IMG/VR virus record: IMGVR_UViG_3300042691_018647
Span: 1-41,276 of that record
Length of the DNA: 41,276 nt
Strand: one strand, 5' to 3'
Source: a virus
This document shows positions 1 through 9,592 of the stretch, in pieces (the stretch's first letter is position 1; each line of letters opens with the position of its first letter). Position numbers and translations under genes: made by a program. The notes under the pieces were generated by a model, which was not told where the DNA came from, did not search any database, and saw only the letters and a program-made list of their open reading frames with translations.

Positions 1-69
1 CCCCGTTCGATCAATCGCCGGTGAAGTGGCGGGCGGTCTTGCGACGGGTATCGCGGCGTCGGCGGGGGC
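1..69. repeat. Terminal overlap copy 1, identical to 41208..41276
   Basis: Read base by base: ccccgttcgatcaatcgccggtgaagtggcgggcggtcttgcgacgggtatcgcggcgtcggcgggggc occurs at both ends. It lies inside an open reading frame, so it is more likely a circular-assembly overlap than a physical terminus. Confidence 0.95.
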
Positions 70-1624
70 TAGCTTAACGGCTTCGCGTTTTATCCCGCAG
101 GCGGCTTCAGGCGCTCGTGGCCTTGCCATGCGCGCTGGCGCGGGTGCGCTTGATGGTGTCGCATACGGGGCCACGCAAGGGGCGCTTTCCGCGCGTTCTG
201 GTGAGCGTGGAGAGGGCGCGGCGACGGGCGCTATGATTGGGGGCGCGGCAGGCGTGGCGGCCCCTGTCGTTGGCGCTACGCTCCGCAAGGGGGCGGATGT
301 ATTGCGCCTGTCTCCTGTCGCGGATCGCGCGCGGGATCGCATCGCCTATCTGTTGCAGCGCTCGCGCATGTCACCGGACGATGTGAAACGCTCTCTAGCG
401 GAAGCGCGCGCCGATGGCCAACCTGAATTCACCATTGCAGACGCTTTGGGCAGATCAGGCCGAAACGAGGCGGGCCGCTTGTCGCGTACGGCGTCCGACT
501 TTGGCGACGATATGTTTCGACAGGCAGAACAGCGGCAGCTTGGCGCATCGCGACGTGTCGGCACGATGCTCGATGAAGCGGCGACCGGACAGCCGGGGCG
601 CACGGCGCAAGAGGTTCAAGGCAAAATTCTTGCCGTTCGCGGGCAAGAGGCAAAGGTGAATTACGACGCCGCACGGCAAGCGGCAGGCGCAGTAGACGTG
701 TCAGGCGCGATCAAGGCGGCAGATGACTTTTTGCAGCCGGGTGCGTCCGCAATGCTTCGCCCGCAAAGCGGCATCGCTGACGACAGCGTTGAAAGCGCCG
801 TCCGGCGCGCTCGTGCCTTCCTTTCCGATGGCAAATCGCAAGTTACTAATTTTGATGCGGCCTTGCGTGCCAAGATTGAAATTGACGCGATGATTGAGCG
901 TGCAGCGCCTTCCGTGCAGAGGCAATTGATCGCGGTACGAAACGCGCTCGACGGCGCACTTGAGCAGGCTTCCGCCCCATACGCGCAGGCTCGCAATGCC
1001 TTCCGGTCTGCCTCTCAAGCGGCAGATGCCGTTGATACCGGCGCGGACATGTACCGCAGCGGGCGCTTCGAAGATAACGTCAACAAGTTTGGCGCAATGG
1101 ACCCGCGACAGCAGGCGGCGGCTAAAGTCGGCTACGCTAGCCGTGCTGTGGAAGACGTGCGCGGTAATCCAGAAGCCGACGCCACGAAGCCTTTGCGCGG
1201 GCTCGATCGGCAGGAAGAACTCGGCGCAATGTTCGGGCCGGACATCAACCGCAAGATCGGGCGCGAGCGCACCATGTTTGAAACCTATGGCGAAATTGCC
1301 AAAGGTTCGCAGACAGCAGGTCGCATTGCGGAAGATGTGGCAGGCGACGGCATGGGCGCACAAGTCGGCGGCGTTGTCATGGACGCCGCGACATTCAACG
1401 GACCCGGCATCGCGCGCCGCGCTCTTGACGCTGGCCTTTCGGCTCTTCGTGGCGAAAGCGAAGGTACAAAGCAGGCCATCGCTCGCATCATCATGTCAAA
1501 TCAACCTGAAACGGTTGATGAACTGCGGCAAATGCTCATGGCGCGCGGTGTCTCAAACCGCAACATCGACACCATCGTTCGCTCGCTCATGCTGTCTACG
1601 GGCCAAACCATAGCCGCCCAATAA
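2..1624 (+). CDS. 3' part of a wrap-around gene (about 680 aa in total); putative internal virion/ejection protein
   Basis: ORF-track entry 26..1624 is open to the window edge. Through the overlap it is in frame with 40792..41276: 26-(40792-41207)=441, which is 3x147. A Gly/Ala-rich hydrophobic stretch sits at the junction. No domain recognised; function inferred from position only. Confidence 0.8.
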   Translation, partial: PVRSIAGEVAGGLATGIAASAGASLTASRFIPQAASGARGLAMRAGAGALDGVAYGATQGALSARSGERGEGAATGAMIGGAAGVAAPVVGATLRKGADVLRLSPVADRARDRIAYLLQRSRMSPDDVKRSLAEARADGQPEFTIADALGRSGRNEAGRLSRTASDFGDDMFRQAEQRQLGASRRVGTMLDEAATGQPGRTAQEVQGKILAVRGQEAKVNYDAARQAAGAVDVSGAIKAADDFLQPGASAMLRPQSGIADDSVESAVRRARAFLSDGKSQVTNFDAALRAKIEIDAMIERAAPSVQRQLIAVRNALDGALEQASAPYAQARNAFRSASQAADAVDTGADMYRSGRFEDNVNKFGAMDPRQQAAAKVGYASRAVEDVRGNPEADATKPLRGLDRQEELGAMFGPDINRKIGRERTMFETYGEIAKGSQTAGRIAEDVAGDGMGAQVGGVVMDAATFNGPGIARRALDAGLSALRGESEGTKQAIARIIMSNQPETVDELRQMLMARGVSNRNIDTIVRSLMLSTGQTIAAQ

Positions 1625-1799
1625 CAAGCGCTGTCATCAAAATAGCCATCTCGAAAACAAGACCCCAGGTCAAGGGCGGCGGGCCGTAATCGGTCAAGCC
1701 GAACCAAGTCTTGCGCGGGTACTTCGGCGGCTTTGGCGGCGGTATCGGCGTGTGACCTTCCGATTTCCATTGATCGGGGGGCAGATCGATTTGCTTCAT
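1596..1799 (-). CDS. Small antisense membrane protein (67 aa), moron-like
   Basis: ATG at 1799 is preceded by GAGGAAG. The ORF-track start at 1820 is a TTG. The protein has a Pro-rich N-terminus and a C-terminal hydrophobic helix, LTWGLVFEMAILMTALVIG. It fills the 196-nt gap between plus-strand genes and lies on the opposite strand to its neighbours. Confidence 0.5.
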   Translation of the reverse strand: MKQIDLPPDQWKSEGHTPIPPPKPPKYPRKTWFGLTDYGPPPLTWGLVFEMAILMTALVIGRLWFGP

Positions 1800-1820
1800 A
1801 TCTTCCTCGGAGTCTGACAA

Positions 1821-3395
<1,575 letters not shown>

Positions 3396-3404
3396 GGTGG
3401 CATC

Positions 3405-3854
3405 ATGACAGACCAGATCATCAGCCTCATTGACGCTGACAACATCCTTCGTATGCGCACCATCGGGGGCGATGCCGATTGGTCGCCGCCCGAGGGCTAT
3501 ACGGCCATCGAGGCAGACGGCCAGATCGGCCAGCGCTGGAACGGTTCGGCGTTTCAAGACGTGCCGGTTGTCTTGCCCGTCCCTTCCACTATCTCGCGTC
3601 GTCAATGCGCTCGTGGGATGCTGGCACGCAGCCTTATCAGTGGGGCCGAAGCGCTGGCGATGACGCAGACCGGGGCAATGCCCGCGCTTGTGGACGCCAT
3701 GGTTTCGGGCCAGCCGGATGAAACCCTGATCCGCATCGACTTTGCGGCGGACACTTACGAGCGGGGAAACCCGCTTCTCAATCAGTTGATGACCGGCGCG
3801 GGATACTCGCCCGTTGAAATTGACGACTTTTTCCGCGAGGCGGCTGCGCTTTGA
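3405..3854 (+). CDS. Hypothetical protein, tail-fibre associated (possible assembly factor)
   Basis: 149-aa ORF beginning 10 nt after the fibre gene stop. Function inferred from position only. Confidence 0.7.
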   Translation: MTDQIISLIDADNILRMRTIGGDADWSPPEGYTAIEADGQIGQRWNGSAFQDVPVVLPVPSTISRRQCARGMLARSLISGAEALAMTQTGAMPALVDAMVSGQPDETLIRIDFAADTYERGNPLLNQLMTGAGYSPVEIDDFFREAAAL

Positions 3855-3884
3855 GGGGTTACTTGCACCGCTTGTAAACGGTGG

Positions 3885-4247
3885 TCACTGGCAAGGCCAG
3901 TAAACCCGATCTTCAAGAATGTCGATTTCTTGCGTGTCTTCCCATCCGGAATTCGCGTCCATCACGATAGAGGTCGAAAGCACAACAATCGTCTTCCCGT
4001 TTGTTTTGCTTCGGTAAACAAGCCCGTTCAACCCAGTACCGGAAGAACCAGCGCTGTCGTAATCTTCTCTGGCGTTTGGCGACACCACGGTAAGCCCGCC
4101 GCCTTTTGAATAGATCAACTGAAATTCATCGTTTGAGCCAGAGCAAAGTTTTGCTTGGTCGGATGCTTTCGCTTGTGGCGACGGCGAAACGATGAAAGCG
4201 AGCGAGAGAAATGCAATGGCTGACGTTAGCGAGCGTGACATTGACAT
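3885..4247 (-). CDS. Antisense small secreted protein (about 120 aa, signal peptide), moron-like
   Basis: The internal start MSMSRSLTSAIAFLSLAFIVSPSPQAKA/SD is a classical Sec signal with an AxA site. The mature part has two Cys. The segment is visibly more A/T-rich than its flanks. The ORF track extends it to 4325. Confidence 0.65.
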   Translation of the reverse strand: MSMSRSLTSAIAFLSLAFIVSPSPQAKASDQAKLCSGSNDEFQLIYSKGGGLTVVSPNAREDYDSAGSSGTGLNGLVYRSKTNGKTIVVLSTSIVMDANSGWEDTQEIDILEDRVYWPCQ

Positions 4248-5886
4248 TGTTGCGCGGACCATCCTTGGGGAGGCGTTGAACGAGCCGTATACTGGCAAGA
4301 TCGCCGTTGCGAGCGTCATCGCCAATCGGGCGGCTACAAACTACGCTAAATATGGCTTTTCTCCAGCCGATCAGGCTTTGGCTGGAAACGGCCGCCAGTT
4401 CAACAACTGGATGAAGACCATAAATGGCAGGGCAAACGGCGCTTATTCCGCAACGATGTTACCCGCATCCGATCCGCGTTATCAAGAGGCGCGGTCTATC
4501 GCTGAAGGCGTGCTGAAGGGCGTCATCCCCGATCCTACAGGGGGCGCAACACACTATTACAATCCAAACATTGTTCGCCCCGCATGGGCGCGCGAGATGA
4601 CAGCCAAAGGCGAAACGCGGATTGGCGACCACGTATTTGGCACCGTTGCGCCTGGCGTTCAAATGGATCGGGGGATGGCCCCGGCCGGCTCAACATCCCC
4701 AGGCAAGGCGGCAGACAGTGTCGACAGGTACGCCGAACGCGCTTCCCTGATGCGGCCGCGCGGCTTCCCAACGGGCAAGCCGGGTGAATTGGGTGGCGTT
4801 CCTTTCGGCCTTGTTGCCGCCCCTGCATCTTCGCGCGCCATCAGCACCGCCACGCAGCCGCCTTCGACTTTTCAACAGATCGCCTCTTGGCTTTCGAACA
4901 TTGCGGACCGCGCGAATAACCCTAACCCGCGCCCGCCCGTTGACGTGCCGAAAATTCAGGATCGTATCGCGCCCGAGCAGTGGGGCGGGCCACTCTACAC
5001 GTCAAGCGCCACGCCGCTTTCGTCCGGCATGAGGCGCACGCCAACCGGCACCGGCACCAAAGCCGCGCCTGTCGCGCCTGTCACCCGCGCGACGCTCCCC
5101 GGACTGTCTACCGCGATGCGGACCAATGCGCAGGACGCTATAGATACCGCCCGTCGTCCTGCCCCGTCGCGTTCCAGCGCCGCAAGCATGGACGCCACAT
5201 TTGCTTCGTTCAAGCCGTCCGGACCCGATCCGCTTTCATTGGCAGACACGCGCGTCAGCGACAGGTTCGTTGCGCCAAACCCGTTTTCTTTCAACATCGG
5301 CGACAATCAAGCCGCTCGTGCTCCCCGCATCACGCCACCGACCAGTGGTGCGCGAATGACAGTCCGGAACGTGAACGCAAGTGTCGCCCCGCTAGCCATG
5401 GGGACGCTCGCGCGCGCCGCGTCTTCCGGCATCGGCATGGCGGCTTCTGGCGTGGCTCGTGGCGCGCAAAATGCAGTTGCCCGCATCATGACGCCGCCCG
5501 CTCCTGCAAAGCCCGTCATGACCGGCCTGAAAGGCGCTATAGGCGATCCGCGCCGCATGGACCTAGCGGGTGGCGTGCCGGGTGCGCGCCCCGCTCCCAA
5601 GCCAGTCGTCACGCAAAAGCCAGCGGCGGCAGTCCCTGCCCTTCCCCGCCCCGTCGTGGTCCGGACCGTGCCGCCACCGACGCCAGCCGTCATGTCGCCT
5701 GAACGCAGCACGCCGAACGCCTTTGAGGCGTCAGGAATGCGGCAGATCGGAACCGCGCCCAGCGGGGCCGCGCTCTATTCCAACGGAAACGGCCAAGTCT
5801 TCGCTGGCAAGGCTCCGTCAAACGCGCTCGGCGGCATGGGCTTTGGCGGTGGCGGCGGCTCGTTCCGAGGCGTCAACAACTATTGA
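4192..5886 (+). CDS. SleB-type cell-wall hydrolase domain protein with a long Pro/Ala-rich C-terminal extension
   Basis: The N-terminal ~150 aa (IDIVARTILGEA...IAVASVI.NR...GGATHYYNP..V.P.WA....IGDHVF) match the SleB/Hydrolase_2 pattern. The remaining ~400 aa are low complexity and end GGMGFGGGGGSF. The start could be 4192 or 4216. Confidence 0.85.
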   Translation: MKASERNAMADVSERDIDIVARTILGEALNEPYTGKIAVASVIANRAATNYAKYGFSPADQALAGNGRQFNNWMKTINGRANGAYSATMLPASDPRYQEARSIAEGVLKGVIPDPTGGATHYYNPNIVRPAWAREMTAKGETRIGDHVFGTVAPGVQMDRGMAPAGSTSPGKAADSVDRYAERASLMRPRGFPTGKPGELGGVPFGLVAAPASSRAISTATQPPSTFQQIASWLSNIADRANNPNPRPPVDVPKIQDRIAPEQWGGPLYTSSATPLSSGMRRTPTGTGTKAAPVAPVTRATLPGLSTAMRTNAQDAIDTARRPAPSRSSAASMDATFASFKPSGPDPLSLADTRVSDRFVAPNPFSFNIGDNQAARAPRITPPTSGARMTVRNVNASVAPLAMGTLARAASSGIGMAASGVARGAQNAVARIMTPPAPAKPVMTGLKGAIGDPRRMDLAGGVPGARPAPKPVVTQKPAAAVPALPRPVVVRTVPPPTPAVMSPERSTPNAFEASGMRQIGTAPSGAALYSNGNGQVFAGKAPSNALGGMGFGGGGGSFRGVNNY

Positions 5887-5893
5887 GGACACA

Positions 5894-6598
5894 ATGAACC
5901 GCAAAGCCTTTTATGACAGCGTTCGCGGCACGTTGTTCGGCGGTTCCCTCACGTCCGAACAGGTCGCGGGGATGGACGCGATCCTGAACGAGTGGAATCG
6001 GCGCGATCTGACCTTTGCGCCGTACCTCGCTTACATGCTGGCGACGGTCTTTCACGAGACGGCGCGCACGATGCAGCCCATCCGTGAGAAGGGCGGGCCT
6101 GCCTATTTCGCCAAGTACGAAAGACGGCGCGACCTCGGCAACACGCTACCCGGCGATGGCGTCAAGTTCCATGGGCGCGGCTTCGTGCAGCTTACCGGGC
6201 GGGCGAACTATGCCAAGGCATCGGCCAAACTGAACGCCGATTTTCTCGCCAATCCCGACGCCGTGATGCAGTTGAACTATGCCGTCCTGATCTTGTTCGA
6301 CGGCATGTTGGACGGCTGGTTTACGGGCCGGGAACTGGCTGATTATCGCAACGGCGATGCGTTCGATTATGTCGAGGCGCGGCGCATCATCAACCCTCGC
6401 GACCGGGCGAAGCTGATCGCCAGTCATGCAGAGCGCTTTGCAGATGCAATTGAGGCGGCGGAATCCGCGCCTGCCAGTGGTCCGGAAAAGCCGGACAACT
6501 CCCCGCCCGCCACCATTCCGGAAATTCCGGATAGTTCACCGCAAGCGCCCCGCTCGTGGTGGCGTCGTTTCATTGATTGGCTGACACGAAAGGATTGA
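5894..6598 (+). CDS. Glycoside hydrolase family 19 (chitinase-like) endolysin
   Basis: FHETARTMQPI.E.GG..YF.KYE....LGNT.PGDG.KFHGRGFVQLTGRANY is the GH19 phage lysozyme signature. The true start is the ATG at 5894 (GAGGAC upstream). The ORF-track 5570 start is an out-of-context extension that overlaps the preceding gene. Confidence 0.9.
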   Translation: MNRKAFYDSVRGTLFGGSLTSEQVAGMDAILNEWNRRDLTFAPYLAYMLATVFHETARTMQPIREKGGPAYFAKYERRRDLGNTLPGDGVKFHGRGFVQLTGRANYAKASAKLNADFLANPDAVMQLNYAVLILFDGMLDGWFTGRELADYRNGDAFDYVEARRIINPRDRAKLIASHAERFADAIEAAESAPASGPEKPDNSPPATIPEIPDSSPQAPRSWWRRFIDWLTRKD

Positions 6599-6602
6599 CG
6601 CC

Positions 6603-6953
6603 ATGAAACAGGTTCTTGATCTGATTCTTGAAAAACTGCCACCCATCCTTGAATCCCTCGCGCTTGATCCGATCAAGACAAGTCCAGACCAAGCGGCATC
6701 GAACGCCAAGGTCATCACTGACGGCATCGTCAAGGAAGTAACGAAAGCCATAGCCGCCGCACCAGAACCGAAGAAGCCCGCGTGGCAGTCAAAGACGATC
6801 CTCACCGGCCTTGCGCTGGCGATCGCCCCTGTCGCGCTCGATTACCTCGCTGGCGTGGACTGGACCGCGTATCTGCCGCCGAACGCCGCAATCATCCTGT
6901 CGGGCTTGTTGATGATCGGCCTGCGGCTCATCACTCGCAAGCCGGTGGCGTGA
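6603..6953 (+). CDS. Holin-like protein (two C-terminal TM helices)
   Basis: It follows the endolysin directly. The hydrophobic helices are TILTGLALAIAPVALDYLAGV and AAIILSGLLMIGLRLI. Confidence 0.7.
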   Translation: MKQVLDLILEKLPPILESLALDPIKTSPDQAASNAKVITDGIVKEVTKAIAAAPEPKKPAWQSKTILTGLALAIAPVALDYLAGVDWTAYLPPNAAIILSGLLMIGLRLITRKPVA

Positions 6954-6954
6954 C

Positions 6955-7170
6955 ATGACCGATCCAGATTTGCGCGAGCGCCTTGTCCGTCTCGAAACCG
7001 AGATGGAGCACATGACGGCCAAACTCGACGACGTGTCGAAGAAGGTCACGCTTCTGGTTGACCTGTTGAACCAAGCCAAGGGCGCGCGATGGGTCATCGC
7101 GGGCATGGCTGCAATAGGTGGCTTCGTCGCCGCCAAACTAGCCCCGCTTGTCGGATTCCTGCCACGATAG
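6955..7170 (+). CDS. Small coiled-coil protein with a C-terminal TM helix (lysis-cassette accessory)
   Basis: 71 aa, starting 2 nt after the previous stop. It has a heptad-like N-terminus and the helix WVIAGMAAIGGFVAAKLAPLVGF at the C-terminus. Confidence 0.7.
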   Translation: MTDPDLRERLVRLETEMEHMTAKLDDVSKKVTLLVDLLNQAKGARWVIAGMAAIGGFVAAKLAPLVGFLPR

Positions 7171-7181
7171 GAGGACTGCTC

Positions 7182-7295
7182 ATGTCCCGCCTAGTCGCCG
7201 TCGTCATTGATCCTCGACAGCCGGACACTCGCGAGCGTGTGCAGGGCTTCAAGTCCCTGCGCGCCGCTGTTGCCTGTCGGAAGGCCATTGCATGA
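7182..7295 (+). CDS. Small hypothetical protein (37 aa)
   Basis: ATG 7182 is preceded by AGGAGG (7169-7174) with a 7-nt spacer. Its stop overlaps the next ATG (ATGA). Confidence 0.55.
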   Translation: MSRLVAVVIDPRQPDTRERVQGFKSLRAAVACRKAIA

Positions 7296-7495
7296 CAAAC
7301 CCCGTCCCGCCCTCTCTCGTGCTCAAATCAGCCGCTGCCGCCAATTTTCAACAGGTCGTTGCGATCGGCGTGCAGACCGACGGCTCGGTAAAAATCATTC
7401 AATCGGCGGAGTCTTCGGGGCTGGTCGAGCAAGTGGCAAGGGCTGTGCTTGCTGCCGACGCTCAATCTCGTAATTCAGGTATTCCCGCGCCTTGA
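7292..7495 (+). CDS. Small hypothetical protein (67 aa)
   Basis: ATGA-coupled to the previous ORF. Its 3' 100 nt overlap the convergent DUF3310-like gene, so the extent is uncertain. Confidence 0.45.
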   Translation: MTNPVPPSLVLKSAAAANFQQVVAIGVQTDGSVKIIQSAESSGLVEQVARAVLAADAQSRNSGIPAP

Positions 7496-7733
7496 GTAGG
7501 TTCTCAATGGGGTCGCCCTTCTGATCCGCGCGCCAAACGTACTTGACGACATTCCCTAGGCAAAAGTTCATGTGCTTCGTAATTTCGATGCACTCAATGC
7601 CGGAAGGATGACCCGTGTAATGCGGCGGGTGGTGTACGGTGTCGGTCAAGGCTTTGCCCACTGGTAACTCCGCGAAATGCTGTTGCATTCTTATCAAGAA
7701 CGAAGTTTCTTCATGCGTTGCGATGCCGGTCAT
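7395..7733 (-). CDS. DUF3310-like phage protein
   Basis: PPHY.G.....IECIEIT....F.LGNVVKYVWRA..KG...E.L.KA.EYL matches the DUF3310 pattern. The start at 7733 is ATGA-coupled to the upstream gene. Confidence 0.8.
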   Translation of the reverse strand: MTGIATHEETSFLIRMQQHFAELPVGKALTDTVHHPPHYTGHPSGIECIEITKHMNFCLGNVVKYVWRADQKGDPIENLLKAREYLNYEIERRQQAQPLPLARPAPKTPPIE

Positions 7734-7957
7734 CCCCGCATCTCCTTCACAAATGACGGCCAACGCTTCTCGCGCTTGTGCCATGTGTAAGCGGCAAGGA
7801 TCGCCGCTCGCGCCTCGTCTCTGAACTGTGGCCACATCGTGCATGGCCTCGTCTCTCCATGCGGGCATTCACAGTACACGCAGTATCCACGGTCATTGCC
7901 GGATGAAATGGATTGACCGGCTGAACGGCATAACGCGCGGGCAACTTCGTCAGTCAT
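7730..7957 (-). CDS. Cys-rich small hypothetical protein
   Basis: 75-aa ORF with coupled overlaps at both ends. Confidence 0.7.
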   Translation of the reverse strand: MTDEVARALCRSAGQSISSGNDRGYCVYCECPHGETRPCTMWPQFRDEARAAILAAYTWHKREKRWPSFVKEMRG

Positions 7958-8274
7958 TTCGCCTCCAGTGCTTTGATTGACGCCAGTATCTCCCGCGCTG
8001 CCTGCTTGGCGGCTTTGTACGGATCAGCGTCAAGCGCGCCGTGGTCGTTGATGACTGAGATATAGCCTTCGATCAGCCGGATCGCTGATGCGAGTGTCTG
8101 CGCGTGCGCTTCTTCTCGCTCCCACATCAACGGGTGAACCACGCGGTGGAACACCGAGATTGCGTAGTCCCGTAGGGTCACGTCCATGTCTTGGACGTCT
8201 TCCAGCGCCTCGATAATCGCCTCAACTGGTTTCGCGGAATAGTCGGCATCGATCAGGTCGGATAGATCGGTCAT
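7954..8274 (-). CDS. Hypothetical acidic protein
   Basis: The internal start MTDLSDLIDADY at 8274 is ATGA-coupled to the upstream stop at 8271. Confidence 0.7.
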   Translation of the reverse strand: MTDLSDLIDADYSAKPVEAIIEALEDVQDMDVTLRDYAISVFHRVVHPLMWEREEAHAQTLASAIRLIEGYISVINDHGALDADPYKAAKQAAREILASIKALEAK

Positions 8275-8552
8275 TTCATCGCCCTCACTTTTTCGAGCGC
8301 GTCGCGGGCCATGCGGAGCGAGCATGGGCATTCGCAGAGCGACGAACATGAGCACGCGTGGACTTCCAGCGCCTCCACCAGCATTTCGATGGCGTCGGCG
8401 GCTTGCTCTTGTATCGGCGTGGACGGGAAGCGCCTCACAAATTCATTCGGGTTGTCAGGCTCTTCACTGCCTCCGACCGGGCCTAGCCCGTCCGTAATCG
8501 GGATGCGATAAATACCGCGCAACCTGTCAACGATGGGCAATGTGTCGGTCAT
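8271..8552 (-). CDS. Small protein, paralogue of 9094..9390, with a Cys-cluster insertion
   Basis: The start MTDTLPIVDRLR at 8552 is ATGA-coupled. It shares LPI..RLR...EQAA.AIE.L.EAL...AR.ALEKVR.M with 9094..9390. It carries HACSCSSLCECPCS. Confidence 0.7.
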   Translation of the reverse strand: MTDTLPIVDRLRGIYRIPITDGLGPVGGSEEPDNPNEFVRRFPSTPIQEQAADAIEMLVEALEVHACSCSSLCECPCSLRMARDALEKVRAMK

Positions 8553-9097
8553 TCTGCGGCCTCGTAGGTTTCGTGAAAGTAATAGTCGCACATTGCAACA
8601 AAGCCCTTGGCCTTGTCTCTAACTATCCAGAATCCAGGCGGCACGTATTCAGACATTGCGCGCTGCGCTTCAAAAATAACCGAGTAAATTCCGGTTTTCT
8701 GGTCGAAGCTGACGCCTGCTTTAAATGCGCCGCTTGCCATCAACCAATCAATGATTGGCCCATGATCGCCGTTCCCCGCGTAGAACATCGCTTCCGGCTG
8801 GAATTTGGCGCGGTAGGTTTTTGCCCTTGGGGCCGCATTTTCTTCGTCAGGAAATCGAATTATTTCGCGCAGTTCTTCTTCAATTTGATTTTGCGCGAAT
8901 TCCTTAGCGTCAGCGAATGTTAAACTGGCGGCTTCAAGCGCTACTCGGTCCAAACGTTCCACAAAATATGAATCATTCTTTTTATGCGTGATCCGAAACA
9001 CCGCGCTCCCAATCAACCCGTAGCAATGCGGGTCCGATATGACGTAGGTGCCCTGAATCCAATCACCCCAAGTTATGCGCTTTACCGCGACCATCAC
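8549..9097 (-). CDS. Hypothetical protein (182 aa) in an A/T-richer segment
   Basis: Long ORF, coupled at both ends, with composition visibly lower in GC than its neighbours. No domain recognised. Confidence 0.75.
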   Translation of the reverse strand: MMVAVKRITWGDWIQGTYVISDPHCYGLIGSAVFRITHKKNDSYFVERLDRVALEAASLTFADAKEFAQNQIEEELREIIRFPDEENAAPRAKTYRAKFQPEAMFYAGNGDHGPIIDWLMASGAFKAGVSFDQKTGIYSVIFEAQRAMSEYVPPGFWIVRDKAKGFVAMCDYYFHETYEAAE

Positions 9098-9390
9098 ACG
9101 GCCTCCTTCTTGCTGCGGGGCGCTTCGCCCATGGTTCGGACCTTCTCAAGCGCGGCGCGGGCGTTCGCCATGCTGTCAAGCGTCACGCCTCCGGCATCCC
9201 ACATCATCGTTACGTAGTTCAGCGCCTCGTACAGCGTCTCAATCGCTTCGGCGGCTTGCTCTTCGTGGATGACTGCGCGAAAGCTGCCTGCTTGAAAGCT
9301 GCCGTGGCCCCCATAGCCGTGCATCACAATCGGGACACCGTGGCGAAGACGGGCGGCGATGGGTAGAAATGTGCGGGGTTTGCCGGTCAT
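9094..9390 (-). CDS. Small protein, paralogue of 8271..8552
   Basis: AAGGAGG lies 7 nt upstream of ATG 9390. The shared motif is as for 8271..8552. Confidence 0.75.
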   Translation of the reverse strand: MTGKPRTFLPIAARLRHGVPIVMHGYGGHGSFQAGSFRAVIHEEQAAEAIETLYEALNYVTMMWDAGGVTLDSMANARAALEKVRTMGEAPRSKKEAV

Positions 9391-9408
9391 TCTGCGGCCT
9401 CCTTTTCC

Positions 9409-9592
9409 GTTACAATTCGGCTGTTAAGCTATTGAAATTTAGTCCTTGATTTTTGGCTCGGTTACAGTGAAAGATGCTGTAACATCAATGACCTCCCTAG
9501 TCTGGGGGACTAGGGGTCGTGGGTTCGAATCCCGCCGCTCCGACCAATACTTAGCTGATTTCGGCAGGTGTCTGTTACAGTGGCTTGTTACA
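9409..9592. other. attP region: tRNA-derived core flanked by GTTACA arm-type repeats
   Basis: GTTACA occurs at 9409-9414, 9461-9466, 9574-9579 and 9587-9592, and inverted (TGTAAC) at 9478-9483. GTTACAGTG is repeated exactly at 9461 and 9574. The integrase gene lies about 0.7 kb away. Confidence 0.75.
9497..9546 (+). other. 3' portion of a tRNA-Pro(GGG) gene (anticodon arm to CCA); probable attP core
   Basis: The parts, in order, are: anticodon stem CTAGT, loop CTGGGGG (U33, anticodon GGG, G37), stem ACTAG, variable loop GGGTC, T-arm GTGGG-TTCGAAT-CCCGC, acceptor 3' strand CGCTCCG, discriminator A, then CCA. A C1:G72 pair plus A73 is typical of bacterial tRNA-Pro. No matching 5' acceptor strand (CGGAGCG) or D-arm lies upstream. 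Confidence 0.8.
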
